In this document: piece by piece, positions 28,291 through 37,798 of the stretch
Layout: every line of letters begins with the position of its first letter
Numbering within the stretch: position 1 is the stretch's first letter
The notes under the pieces: model-generated
Database searches by the model: none
The model's input: only the letters and a program-made list of their open reading frames with translations
What the model was told of the DNA's origin: nothing
Program-made: the position numbers and the translations under genes
From: an uncultured virus (IMG/VR IMGVR_UViG_3300049733_000582)
Taxonomy: Duplodnaviria; Heunggongvirae; Uroviricota; Caudoviricetes
Strand: one strand, 5' to 3'
IMG/VR virus record: IMGVR_UViG_3300049733_000582
Length of the DNA stretch: 64,000 bases

Positions 28291-28923
28291 CTACTTGGGC
28301 CCCTTGTCGAGGAGTCGAAGCGCGGCGTGGTTCATCTCCCGCACTGCCAGGGCTGCCTCATACAGGAAGATCAGAACGCTCACTAGGGTTCCTTCGTAGA
28401 GCGCCGTGAACGGTCCGAAACTCATGAGACGTTGGAATGTCTTGCGCTTGCTCTGCTCGACGTGAATCACCTCGCCGTACTGGAAGGACTCCAAGAGCTC
28501 CTTCAAGGTCAACTTGGTGAAGTTGAACTCGAATGGGACGTAGCTCGCCATGGTCTTCTGAACGGCGGCCCTGGCGCCACGGAAGCCTTCCAAGAGTGCC
28601 TCGTCCTTGACGAAGGTCTCGTAGATCTCGGCGAGGCAACCAAAGGAGATGCCGTCCCCGTCATGGACGAACGCCCTGAGTGTGGTGGTGGCGTTCTCGA
28701 TCGCTTCCCAATCAGGCCCGGTCCTCTCTCCGTGTACGACTCCTTCCGCATCGGTCCATACGCGCGCCTTGGCGTTACCGGCTCGCAGGATTTGGATGAA
28801 CCGCGACCCGTCGATCTTCGAGACTCGTTCATTGAACAGGCTCAAGGCGTCCTTGGCCGTCTCGACGGTCAAGGCGTCTTGCTTCTGCTTTCTCTTCTGC
28901 GCGCTCTCTCTCTTTCCAGCCAT
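28291..28923 (-). CDS. hypothetical protein (possible HEPN/Abi-like)
   Basis: 210-aa helical ORF; LRAF...ISF and YGEVIH motifs. Confidence 0.6.
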   Translation of the reverse strand: MAGKRESAQKRKQKQDALTVETAKDALSLFNERVSKIDGSRFIQILRAGNAKARVWTDAEGVVHGERTGPDWEAIENATTTLRAFVHDGDGISFGCLAEIYETFVKDEALLEGFRGARAAVQKTMASYVPFEFNFTKLTLKELLESFQYGEVIHVEQSKRKTFQRLMSFGPFTALYEGTLVSVLIFLYEAALAVREMNHAALRLLDKGPK

Positions 28924-28979
28924 TGCGTCACGTACCTATCTTCCAGAGTTCCATTAGCACCGGTCAGGTAACCCCAGAG

Positions 28980-29189
28980 CTACTTTGGTTGAGGGAATTT
29001 CACGTCCTGAATTCCCGATTCGGTTCTGGATCCACTGAGCTGCACTCGCACGACGGTGAGGAGGGTGCCCAGAGCATCTTCACGACGGAACCATATCTCT
29101 CGCATCTGGCCGCCCATGTCTAGGACGGCGACCGGCGTGCCGTAATTTCTGGCTTTCATCATGAGTTCTTCGAGGTCTTTCGTGTTCAT
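28980..29189 (-). CDS. small hypothetical protein
   Basis: GGAGG RBS before ATG 29189. Confidence 0.5.
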   Translation of the reverse strand: MNTKDLEELMMKARNYGTPVAVLDMGGQMREIWFRREDALGTLLTVVRVQLSGSRTESGIQDVKFPQPK

Positions 29190-29220
29190 GGCTTCCTCCA
29201 AAAACCGTGGGCTTTCCCAC

Positions 29221-29652
29221 TCATCCAACCGCCATCCCCTTCAGCACCCGCTCCCTGATGAACTCGCTCACCCCTACGCCCTTGCCCTCCGCCTGTTCCT
29301 GCAGCCAGCCCCATTCGCCATCGCTGAACCGGATCGCGCGAAGCCGCCGCACGTTCCCGTCGCGGCTCCGGATCGGAGGTCCACTTCCTCGGAGCTCGAG
29401 GTGGTGGGGGTTATAGCAGGCGCGCTTCCCGCAGGAATGGGTCACGACCTGGTTCTTCGGAATCCGGCCCTTGAGCCGCTGGTAGACCAGGCGGTGGACC
29501 TTCCGGCCCTTCTCGCCCAAGACGAGGACCCCATAGCCGCCCGGTTCGATCTGCCAGGGCCAGATCAGGCACGGACCGAGCTTCGCCGCGCGGGCCTGAT
29601 CGATCGCCGCCTCGATCCGTTCCTTGGCTGGGGGTGTGTCGGAGTAGCGCAT
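29221..29652 (-). CDS. HNH endonuclease fused to ribbon-helix-helix-like domain
   Basis: CLIW...GYG...VHRLVY...HSCGKRACYNPHHL; C-terminal IRFSDGEW...GVSEFIR. Confidence 0.75.
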   Translation of the reverse strand: MRYSDTPPAKERIEAAIDQARAAKLGPCLIWPWQIEPGGYGVLVLGEKGRKVHRLVYQRLKGRIPKNQVVTHSCGKRACYNPHHLELRGSGPPIRSRDGNVRRLRAIRFSDGEWGWLQEQAEGKGVGVSEFIRERVLKGMAVG

Positions 29653-29746
29653 GGTGTGGGTATCGACCTCCAGGGACTTTCCGCCTAAACGTGGTTGGCT
29701 ATGTAGTAACGTGGAGTATACTTCATAGGTGAAGTGAAAGGCCAGT

Positions 29747-30886
29747 ATGAAGACGACCTCTATCCGCCGGGTCACCCTCAAGGACCTCAAGTACGACCAG
29801 CGCAACCCTCGGTCGCACTCCCGGCAGAACCTCCGACACATCGAGGAGAGCCTGAAACGTTTCGGCCAGGTTGAGCCGCTCGTCGTCCAGAAGGGGACCG
29901 GTCGGGTGATCGGCGGGAACGGGCGACTCGCGGTGATGGCGCGGCTGGGGTGGACCGACTGCAACGTCGTCGAGGTCGAGCTCGACGACCTCCAGGCCAG
30001 CGCACTCGCGGTCGCGCTCAACCGGGCCTCAGAGGATGGGGACTGGGACCTATCCGCCCTGGAGGCGATCCTCTCCGAGCTCGAGGCCAGCCAATCGCTG
30101 GAGGGGGTCGGGTTCTCCACGGAGGAGTTCGAGCGCCTGAAGGGCGAGGTGGAAGCGCTCGCAGGCCCGGCCCCGGAGGAGGCGGCTTCCGAGCCGACTT
30201 CCGACCCGCGCACGAAACCGGGTGACCTCTGGGAGCTGGGCGAGCACCGCCTCCTCTGTGGCGATTCGACGGAACCGGGGGACGTAGACCGCCTCCTGAC
30301 GATCCCGCCCGCGGCGATCTATTTCGACCCGCCCTTCGAGGAGGAGTACGACCGCTGGCCGCTCCCGACGGTTCCCGCGCGCGTGATCGCCCTCTTCGGA
30401 CGTCAGACCTCGCGCATCGTTTTCGGCGCGAAGCTCGCCCGGAGCTTCCCGGTGCTCCACGAGTTCGTGGTCACGGGCAACGCCCGACAGGGCCAGGGCC
30501 TCCTCTGCCAGATGCACGACTCGGTCTGGCTCCTCTGCAAGGGTGCCATGAACCCGACCGTCGATCCGGTGCCGCTGGTTCGTTCCCGAGTGAAGCTCGC
30601 GAGCAACGGCCGACCGCACAGCGTGATCCAGTCGATTGGGGGCGTGGTGGACCTCTTCCACTCGAAGCCGGTCGAGACCGCGTTGCTCCTGGCCTCGCTG
30701 ATCGATCAGGGGGAAATCATCTACGATCCCTGCTGCGGGAGCGGGACCACGATCGTCGCCGGCGAGCAGTCGCGGCGTCGCGTCTTCGCGATGGAGTCGG
30801 ACCCGGCCCGGTGCGACGGGATCGTTCGTCGCTGGGAGCAGGCCGCCCGGAAAACGGCGTCCCTGGAGGCGCGCGCCGATGGCTGA
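29747..30886 (+). CDS. ParB-like domain fused to DNA methyltransferase
   Basis: RNPRSH...SLKRFGQVEPL...GNGRL; GDLWELGEHRLLCGDS, DPPF, YDPCCGSGTT. Confidence 0.85.
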   Translation: MKTTSIRRVTLKDLKYDQRNPRSHSRQNLRHIEESLKRFGQVEPLVVQKGTGRVIGGNGRLAVMARLGWTDCNVVEVELDDLQASALAVALNRASEDGDWDLSALEAILSELEASQSLEGVGFSTEEFERLKGEVEALAGPAPEEAASEPTSDPRTKPGDLWELGEHRLLCGDSTEPGDVDRLLTIPPAAIYFDPPFEEEYDRWPLPTVPARVIALFGRQTSRIVFGAKLARSFPVLHEFVVTGNARQGQGLLCQMHDSVWLLCKGAMNPTVDPVPLVRSRVKLASNGRPHSVIQSIGGVVDLFHSKPVETALLLASLIDQGEIIYDPCCGSGTTIVAGEQSRRRVFAMESDPARCDGIVRRWEQAARKTASLEARADG

Positions 30887-31649
30887 GGAGACGCGGATCG
30901 CTTGGACCGACGCCACGCTGAACCCGTGGATGGGGTGCGAGAAGGTCTCGGCTGGGTGCGCCAACTGCTACGCCGAGACGCTTACGACGAACCGCATGGG
31001 CCTCTCGGTCTGGGGCCGAAACGGACGGCGCCAGAGGACCTCTCCCCAGAACTGGAAGAAGCCCTTGAAGTGGAACCGCGACGCGGAGCGCGCGGGCCAT
31101 TCTCTCCGCGTCTTCTGCGCCTCGCTCTGCGACGTGTTCGAGGATCATCCCCAGGCCAACGCCTGGCGCCCGGACCTCTGGGACCTGATCCGCCGCACGC
31201 CGAATCTCGATTGGCAGCTCCTGACGAAACGGCCCGAGCGGATCGAGGACAACCTGCCTCCCGACTGGGGTGCGGGCTGGCCGCACGTCTGGCTGGGCAC
31301 GTCGATCGAGGACGAGCGCGTCATCGCGCGAGCGGATCATCTCCGGAGCATTCCGGCTGTGGTGCACTTCGTCAGCTACGAACCCGCGTTGGGCCCGCTC
31401 GCGCATGCGCTGGACCTCTCTGGGCTGCAGTGGGTGATCTACGGGGGTGAGTCGGGCCCGGGCTTCCGCGCCGAGGACAAGCAGTGGGCGCGCGACATCC
31501 GCTCCGCGTGCGCGCTCGCCGACGTGGCCTTCTTCCACAAGCAGAGCGCGGCGATTCGGACCGAGATGGGAATAGAGCTCGATGGCGAGATCGCACGGGC
31601 GTGGCCTCTGGACCGCAGGAAGCTCGCACCGGCCGGGGTGCTGGTCTGA
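30879..31649 (+). CDS. DUF5131 (phage Gp37/Gp68) radical-SAM-like protein
   Basis: IAWTDATLNPWMGCEKVSAGCANCYA, LLTKRPER, GGESG. Confidence 0.9.
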   Translation: MAEETRIAWTDATLNPWMGCEKVSAGCANCYAETLTTNRMGLSVWGRNGRRQRTSPQNWKKPLKWNRDAERAGHSLRVFCASLCDVFEDHPQANAWRPDLWDLIRRTPNLDWQLLTKRPERIEDNLPPDWGAGWPHVWLGTSIEDERVIARADHLRSIPAVVHFVSYEPALGPLAHALDLSGLQWVIYGGESGPGFRAEDKQWARDIRSACALADVAFFHKQSAAIRTEMGIELDGEIARAWPLDRRKLAPAGVLV

Positions 31650-31650
31650 G

Positions 31651-32070
31651 ATGGCGGTCATCTACCACTTTGGCTACCGAGGCCGGGCTCTGTCGGAGGT
31701 GACGGTGGCTTTGTGGGCGCTCCGAAACGGAATCCTCGTCGATGTCCGCATGCAGCCGCACACCCGCCAGTGGGGGAAGGAGGAGCTCGTCCGTACGCTC
31801 GGCAGCCTCTATGTGCACGTCCCGGAACTCGGGAACGTGAATTACCGCGGCGGTCCGATCCAGCTCCTGGACCCAGGAGTCGGAGTCGCGCGCGTACTCA
31901 GCATGATGGATTCCCAAGAGGTGGTCCTCATGTGCGCGTGCGAGGACTACGATCGGTGCCATCGGAAGGTGGTGGTGCAGGAGTTGGTGGCCGCCGCGCC
32001 CTTCTTGATCGAGCCACGGGCCCTCTTTCCTGCCCAGCGGAAAGCACAGCCGGAGCTACCATTCAGGTAG
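31651..32070 (+). CDS. DUF488-family protein
   Basis: FGY, LVDVR, Y.HVPELGN, LMCACED..CHR. Confidence 0.8.
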   Translation: MAVIYHFGYRGRALSEVTVALWALRNGILVDVRMQPHTRQWGKEELVRTLGSLYVHVPELGNVNYRGGPIQLLDPGVGVARVLSMMDSQEVVLMCACEDYDRCHRKVVVQELVAAAPFLIEPRALFPAQRKAQPELPFR

Positions 32071-32080
32071 GTCAAACCCC

Positions 32081-32614
32081 GTGGGCCAGTCCCGCCGGAT
32101 TCCCTGGCACGAGCTCCAGCTCCGTTACGTCACCGACCCCATGGTGACGCAGCGAGGACTCGCCCGGGAGTACCGGAAGCTGGGCTTCCGCATCCACGCA
32201 CGCGACGTCTGGAAGCGGGCACAGCGGGAGAAATGGGACGCGGCGCGGCAGGCCGGGATCGACGAGGCGGCGAAGGCGGCGCGGGCCCGGCTCACCGACG
32301 AGCTGGTCACGCTCGCCAAGCAGGAGGTCCTTGAGCAGCTCAAGGCCCTCCGCTCGGCCCGGAAGCGCCTGATGAAGAAGGTCGAGCAGGCCACCGAGCC
32401 CGGCGCCGAGCCGCAGCGCTTCGAGGACAGCGTCGAGTCGATCGAACGCCGGGCGGACGGCAAGGTGATCCGCTCGACCGTGCGACGCCGCGGCGTACCT
32501 GCCGATAGCCCCTTGACCGGTCAGGTCCTGAGGCTCCAGCAGGAGCTGATCCGGGATGTGCTGAAGCTCACGGGTGCCGAAACCGAGGCGGAAGTGGAGA
32601 TCACGATCGACTGA
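32081..32614 (+). CDS. putative small terminase subunit
   Basis: N-terminal HTH W..L..RY...RGLAREY...KRAQREKW followed by helices; upstream of TerL. Confidence 0.55.
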   Translation: MGQSRRIPWHELQLRYVTDPMVTQRGLAREYRKLGFRIHARDVWKRAQREKWDAARQAGIDEAAKAARARLTDELVTLAKQEVLEQLKALRSARKRLMKKVEQATEPGAEPQRFEDSVESIERRADGKVIRSTVRRRGVPADSPLTGQVLRLQQELIRDVLKLTGAETEAEVEITID

Positions 32615-32618
32615 CCTC

Positions 32619-32646
32619 TTGACACCTTCCGGGTTGTCAATACCCT
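32619..32646 (+). promoter_or_regulatory. putative promoter/operator
   Basis: TTGACA-N10-TGTCAA inverted repeat; TACCCT 16 nt after the first TTGACA. Confidence 0.45.
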
Positions 32647-32838
32647 CCGAAGTTACAGAGCTGGGCTACACGATCTGGAGCACCTGCGGCCCCGGCTCGC
32701 GATCGGTGGTGCTCGCCCGATCGCACACAGCATGAGGCGGCGTGCCCCCCACTCCCGGGGGGCGCTGGAGCGGCTCGCAAGAGCCCCTCGTCCTGCCGGT
32801 CCGATGCGGAACCGGCCCCACCTACGGATCGCGCCGCC

Positions 32839-33951
32839 ATGCGCCACACCCCTCTCCTGTTCACCCTCCTCTTCCTCGTGGGCCTCCTCCATGGGGCTCC
32901 TCGACTAGGCGAGCACCCGCCGGTCCTCGTCGTCCTGAACCCACGTCACTTCCCGGAGCCCGCCCGCGCGGTCGCGCTAGACGCCGAGACCATGCAGCTC
33001 CAGGACCTCCCCATCCCGATCACGCCCTATCCGGCGATTTGGGCCCTGCCCGGGAGCCGAGTGGCCTTCGCGAACGGGGTGCCGCACCGATTCTCCGTCC
33101 GCGTCCTCGAGGACCTCCTCCCGGGAGGCGGTGGCTCGGGCGGTGATCCTATCCTCGAGGTGGAAGCCCCCGACTCGGGGCTCGGGTTCCTCCCCGTGGC
33201 GGACGGCTGCGGCTGGCTGGACGGGATCGGCCTCGTGCTCACGACCGCGTTTCAGGATCAGGCAGGGAAGCACGGGCGGGTGACCGTCTGGGACGGGCAG
33301 TCGCCGACCGCGCCCGTCCACCTCCTCGAAGGCATCCTGCCCGGGGCGGTCGCGCGCGCCGGCCATCTGATCGCGTTCCTGGACCTGGAACTCGAGCCCG
33401 TGGGCGGAGTGCTCGCGCTCCTCGACCCCGCGACCGGGGCCTGGTGGCGCAGCGACGGCGATGGCGCCGCGCTCGGCTGGGGACGCTGCCTCGCCTCGGT
33501 CCAGACGCCGCAGGGCCCGGAGGTCTGGATCGGGGCCGGGAAGGTGGGCCCCCGCTACGGCCCGCCCGCGCAGCGGTATCGGGTCATCCCGGGCGGGCTC
33601 GAGTACGCGGGGCAGGTGGCCGACGAGGTCTGCCCGCCAGAGCCTCAGGCCATTCGCCGGCGCGAGGGCCATTTCCCGGTCTACGTCCGGGCCCTCAACG
33701 AGCTCGTGGCCTACAGCCCGATCGATGGGGTGGCGCTCGGGCGGATCGGCCTCGGCTTGCCCTGCAATGAGTGGTACTGGGGCCCCTTCGACCTTGCCTG
33801 GGATCCCCGGTCCTGGACGTGGCTCGCGCCCGCCGCGCGCGCGACGGAAGCGGGTCCCTGGTACCTCGCGCGCGTGAACGAGGACCTCTCGGCCGTGACG
33901 CTCGCGACCGTTCCCTGGCGGATGGGGCTCCTGACCTTGGTCGGTCCTTGA
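32839..33951 (+). CDS. secreted beta-rich (propeller-like) protein
   Basis: Signal peptide MRHTPLLFTLLFLVGLLHG; blade-like strands (LALLDPATG, LVAYSPIDG, LAWDP). Confidence 0.6.
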   Translation: MRHTPLLFTLLFLVGLLHGAPRLGEHPPVLVVLNPRHFPEPARAVALDAETMQLQDLPIPITPYPAIWALPGSRVAFANGVPHRFSVRVLEDLLPGGGGSGGDPILEVEAPDSGLGFLPVADGCGWLDGIGLVLTTAFQDQAGKHGRVTVWDGQSPTAPVHLLEGILPGAVARAGHLIAFLDLELEPVGGVLALLDPATGAWWRSDGDGAALGWGRCLASVQTPQGPEVWIGAGKVGPRYGPPAQRYRVIPGGLEYAGQVADEVCPPEPQAIRRREGHFPVYVRALNELVAYSPIDGVALGRIGLGLPCNEWYWGPFDLAWDPRSWTWLAPAARATEAGPWYLARVNEDLSAVTLATVPWRMGLLTLVGP

Positions 33952-34246
33952 GGACATGCCCCATGCTTGGCGAGCCCCGCTCTCCCGCGCGTCAGTGCGG
34001 CGCCGCCGGTCCCCTCGGCCCTCGGACGAGGACACGGAGGGACCGTTGCGGCTCCTGATCGACGGGCGGCCAATCGGCGCGACCGAGGTTGCCGAAATCG
34101 TCGCGGCGCTGCGTGCGCTGCTCAGCCGTTGCGATCCAGAGTGGCCTGAGACCCGGCGGGCGCAGGCCGCCCTTCGCGGCATGGGCGGCGGGCCAGACAG
34201 TGGACCCAGGACCGTCCTCAAGGGCGGTCGGTGACCTGGAGGTGAG

Positions 34247-34717
34247 ATGAGATTCAACGAGAGCGGACTCAAGGCGGCGGTGCTGCAGGCAATTGCGTGG
34301 ACATGCGGCGCGGGGTTCGAGGGCGTCGCGAACGTGCTCGCCTGCAAGCTCCTCGCGGGCGACGCGCCTACGCCGGAGACGGTCGCGCACTGCTTCGAGG
34401 CCCAGCACCAGCCCTATGACCGCGGCGGCGTCCGCGCGATCGCGCGCGCCTGTCAGATCGCGGTCCTGGCGGCCGAGCTGCCCGAGCCGGTGCTCCTCAA
34501 GAAAGACAGCCCGCCGCCGCAGGCCACGCCTCCCGCACAGCTCTTCAAGCCGGGCGAGACATGTCCGGTCTCGGGCCAATACGAGCTCGTGGACGAGACC
34601 GGCCAGGGCACCGAGATCGAGCGCACGGTGACCGCGGGCGAGCCGTTCCCGCCCACCGAGGAGGCCGGTTGGACCTTCCGCCTCATCGATATCACTCAAC
34701 ACCGGAACCCGGTGTGA
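34247..34717 (+). CDS. protein with C-terminal YjzC-like domain
   Basis: FKPGETCPVSGQY...RTVTAGEPFPPT. Confidence 0.7.
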   Translation: MRFNESGLKAAVLQAIAWTCGAGFEGVANVLACKLLAGDAPTPETVAHCFEAQHQPYDRGGVRAIARACQIAVLAAELPEPVLLKKDSPPPQATPPAQLFKPGETCPVSGQYELVDETGQGTEIERTVTAGEPFPPTEEAGWTFRLIDITQHRNPV

Positions 34718-34737
34718 AACCCTTGGAGGAATCGCTC

Positions 34738-35142
34738 GTGAAGAAGCTCCGCTGGACGTTCTCGCTCGTCCTGATCTGCCTCCTCGCCTGCGGTCTCGGG
34801 ACCGGTTGCGCCAGCCTTCTCGGTGGTGCTCGGGAGGCCGCGGCCCCGGCCGATCCCAACCGGCCGGTGTCGATCGAGAACCCCTCCCCGCTCCTGCAGA
34901 CGGCCCTGGAGCTGAAGGCCGCCGCCGAAGCTCTGAAACAGGCTCAGAAGGAGAAGACCCCGGAATCCCAGACCGGCGCGACCGTCGCGATCGCGGGCGC
35001 CGCCACGTCCCTCATCGGACTGATCGGGATGTTCTTCAAGCAGCGCGCCACCGACGCCAAGGTGGCCGAGGTCAAGGCCGAGACGAACGAGCTCTACGAC
35101 AAGACCCACGCTGCCGTTCCGATCGCTGCGAAGGCGGCCTGA
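34738..35142 (+). CDS. membrane lipoprotein (possible lysis accessory)
   Basis: GTG start with GGAGG RBS; lipobox-like LGTGC; second hydrophobic segment. Confidence 0.6.
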   Translation: MKKLRWTFSLVLICLLACGLGTGCASLLGGAREAAAPADPNRPVSIENPSPLLQTALELKAAAEALKQAQKEKTPESQTGATVAIAGAATSLIGLIGMFFKQRATDAKVAEVKAETNELYDKTHAAVPIAAKAA

Positions 35143-35147
35143 GCGGC

Positions 35148-37256
35148 GTGAAGCTCCGGATCCCGGCGCTCTATCGTGATGCGGTGCCCCGAAACTGGGG
35201 CACCGCCCGCCGGATCGCCGTCTCCCATCCCGCTCTCGATTGCCGGGCCCTCGAGGTCTTGCTCGCCTTCGCCCTCTTCGCCGTCGCGGGCGAGGCCGCG
35301 GTCATCACGGCCACGCCCGGACGCGCGGTGCTCCTCGCCGAGCAGTGGGCGCACCCCAAGACGCGCCGGGTCGAGGGCGTGACGAGACTCCGGCTCCGGA
35401 CGAGGACGGTCTGGATCGCAGAGACGCCGGCGGCCATCCCATCCCGCTCGATCGAGCACCTCTTCGTCGATGGGGCGCAGGCTTTGGGCCGAGATCCAGC
35501 CCACGAGGTGGTCGGGAGCTTCGCGGGGACCTGCCTCTGCGCCGGCCAGCGAGCGCGTGGGCATTGGTTCGACGGCTTCTGCGCTGGCGCGGATCGGCTG
35601 GTCACCCTGGAGCCGGCCGCCGTGGCCGCGGCCTTCCCAGACCAGGCGCAGCGAATCGGCAAGCGGGATGTCCCCTTCGTAACCTTCGCGCGCCGGCGCT
35701 TGAAGGTCCGCTCCGACAAGCGGGACGAGTTCCTGGGGCCGGAGCAGATCGCCGAGGCGAGGGATCAGCTCGGCACTGGCTGGGCTTCGGGCCGGATGGG
35801 CACCCCGGTCCTGAGCTTCCACCTGACGCCGATGCAGAAGCGCTATCTCGCGATCAAGCGGATGGCGATACGGAAGGGGTTCAACAAGTTCCTGCTCCTC
35901 AAGTACCGCCGCGGCGGGTTCACGACGCTCGAGCAGGCGCTCTCGTACCGGATGGTCGCGACGCGGCCGGCGTGCCACGTCACCACCCTTGCGCACACCG
36001 ACGACAACACCCGCCGCATCTTCCGGATCGCGTCCCTCTTCCACGCCCGAGATTCCGAGGCGCCGCGCGCCATCACCGACTCGCGCACCGCACTCGAGCT
36101 CGAGAACGGGTCCTACTTCTTCATCGGAACCGCCGGCGGGAAGGGTTCCTCCCGCGGCGACACGCTGCAGCGGGTTCACGGGTCGGAATGCGCGCGCTGG
36201 TGCAAGACCAACCACGAGCAGGTCCGCGTCGAGGACCTCATCGCAGGCCTCGTGGGCGCCGCCAGCCACGGGGAGATCGTCCTCGAGACGACCCCGAACG
36301 GGCGCGAGTGGTTCTGCCAGACCTACACCGAGGCGAAGCAGGGCCAGAACGACTGGTACCCGATCTTCCTTCCGTGGTTCCGCGACCCGGGGAATGTCGC
36401 GCGCCCTGGCACGTACTCTGAGGAGGAGATCCGGGACACCCTCACCGAGGAGGAGCGGAACCTCAAGCTCTCCATCCCCCAGATCGCCTTCCGCCGCGCG
36501 ATCCGGAAGGCCTACAAGAAGCTCACCCCGCAGGAGTACCCCGAGGACGACGTGAGCTGCTTCCTCACGTCCGGGGTCTGCTACTTCGACACGGAGCGAC
36601 TCCTCTGGCTGGTCGCGAAACTCCCGGAGTACGAGCGGAAGCACCTCCCCGGCGGCTACGAGGTCGTCTGGGAGGAGCCCAAGGCCGGCCTCGAGTACTG
36701 CGCGGGCTGCGACACCTCGGAGGGGATTCCAGGCTGTGACCCCAACGGGGTCGGCGTCGTCCGGCGGGACAACGGCGCACAGGTGGCCGCCGTGCACGGG
36801 CTCTTCAACCCGCGCACTCTGGCTGAGCACGCCATCCGGCTCAGTAAGCGCTACAACGAGGCGCTGCTGGGGATCGAACGCCAGAACCACGGGCACGCGG
36901 TTCTCCAGAAGGTGGAGGAGTTGGGCTACGCGCGGCCGCACTTCCGCGGCGGGCCGCTCTTCTATTGCCACGAGGGCGCGGACCTCCGCAGCTCCCGGCC
37001 CGGCTGGGACACGAGCGCCATCACGCGCCCGCAGCTCCTCGACACCCTCTCGGACATGCTCGACGCGGACACGTCCTGGGTCCGCGATCGTGACTTCGTG
37101 GACGAGTGCCTGACCTTCCGGAAGCAGACGACCGGAGATTTCGAGGCGGACCCGGGTTCGCACGACGATCGGGTGATCCTTTGGGGGATCGCGCAGCAGA
37201 TGCGAAAGCAGCGACGGCACCGTGGGCGCCTCACCATCTTGCCCGGGGAGCTCTGA
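35148..37256 (+). CDS. terminase large subunit with N-terminal extension
   Basis: LTPMQ, KYRRGGFTT (Walker A-like), HGSE, ETTPNG, QEYP, GCDTSEG, HDDRVI nuclease motifs. Confidence 0.9.
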   Translation: MKLRIPALYRDAVPRNWGTARRIAVSHPALDCRALEVLLAFALFAVAGEAAVITATPGRAVLLAEQWAHPKTRRVEGVTRLRLRTRTVWIAETPAAIPSRSIEHLFVDGAQALGRDPAHEVVGSFAGTCLCAGQRARGHWFDGFCAGADRLVTLEPAAVAAAFPDQAQRIGKRDVPFVTFARRRLKVRSDKRDEFLGPEQIAEARDQLGTGWASGRMGTPVLSFHLTPMQKRYLAIKRMAIRKGFNKFLLLKYRRGGFTTLEQALSYRMVATRPACHVTTLAHTDDNTRRIFRIASLFHARDSEAPRAITDSRTALELENGSYFFIGTAGGKGSSRGDTLQRVHGSECARWCKTNHEQVRVEDLIAGLVGAASHGEIVLETTPNGREWFCQTYTEAKQGQNDWYPIFLPWFRDPGNVARPGTYSEEEIRDTLTEEERNLKLSIPQIAFRRAIRKAYKKLTPQEYPEDDVSCFLTSGVCYFDTERLLWLVAKLPEYERKHLPGGYEVVWEEPKAGLEYCAGCDTSEGIPGCDPNGVGVVRRDNGAQVAAVHGLFNPRTLAEHAIRLSKRYNEALLGIERQNHGHAVLQKVEELGYARPHFRGGPLFYCHEGADLRSSRPGWDTSAITRPQLLDTLSDMLDADTSWVRDRDFVDECLTFRKQTTGDFEADPGSHDDRVILWGIAQQMRKQRRHRGRLTILPGEL

Positions 37257-37609
37257 TGCTGCCCACTGCCCAGACCGACCTCACCCCCTGGATGCAGCTC
37301 GGGGCCATGGGGCTCCTGGGAGCATTGCTCCTGGTCGTGGGTCCAAAGCTCCTGGACCGGATGTTCCTCGCGCATCGGAAGGCGCTCGAGGACGTCATGA
37401 CAGCCAACCGTGCGGCGAACCTGGAGGTCGTCTCCGAGCTCAAGTGCATCTCCGGGGAGCTCCGGAATGTCTGGGAGCGCCTGAACACCAACAACAACGC
37501 GGTCACGCGGATCGCCGTTGCCCTGGTGAGCCGTCACCCGGAGCTCGCACGCGAGATCCAGAAGGCGCTCGACCCCCAAGACCAGAAGTCAGAGGTCATC
37601 AAGCCGTGA
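37256..37609 (+). CDS. holin-like membrane protein
   Basis: Single N-terminal TM (WMQLGAMGLLGALLLVVG) plus coiled coil. Confidence 0.5.
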   Translation: MLPTAQTDLTPWMQLGAMGLLGALLLVVGPKLLDRMFLAHRKALEDVMTANRAANLEVVSELKCISGELRNVWERLNTNNNAVTRIAVALVSRHPELAREIQKALDPQDQKSEVIKP

Positions 37610-37798
37610 GCCGGAAGAAGAAGACCGCTGGGGAGCCCGCGGCGGCGCCGCCCGCACCGAAGGCCCACGGGCCAATCATCGGCGTGACCAAGACGCTGCC
37701 CCCCGAGCCGCCGCCCACGCTCGTGATCGCGGACGAGGAGCTCGTGCTCGATCTGATTCTGGGCCGCTGACGCTGGCCCCTTGAAGTGAGGTGACCGC

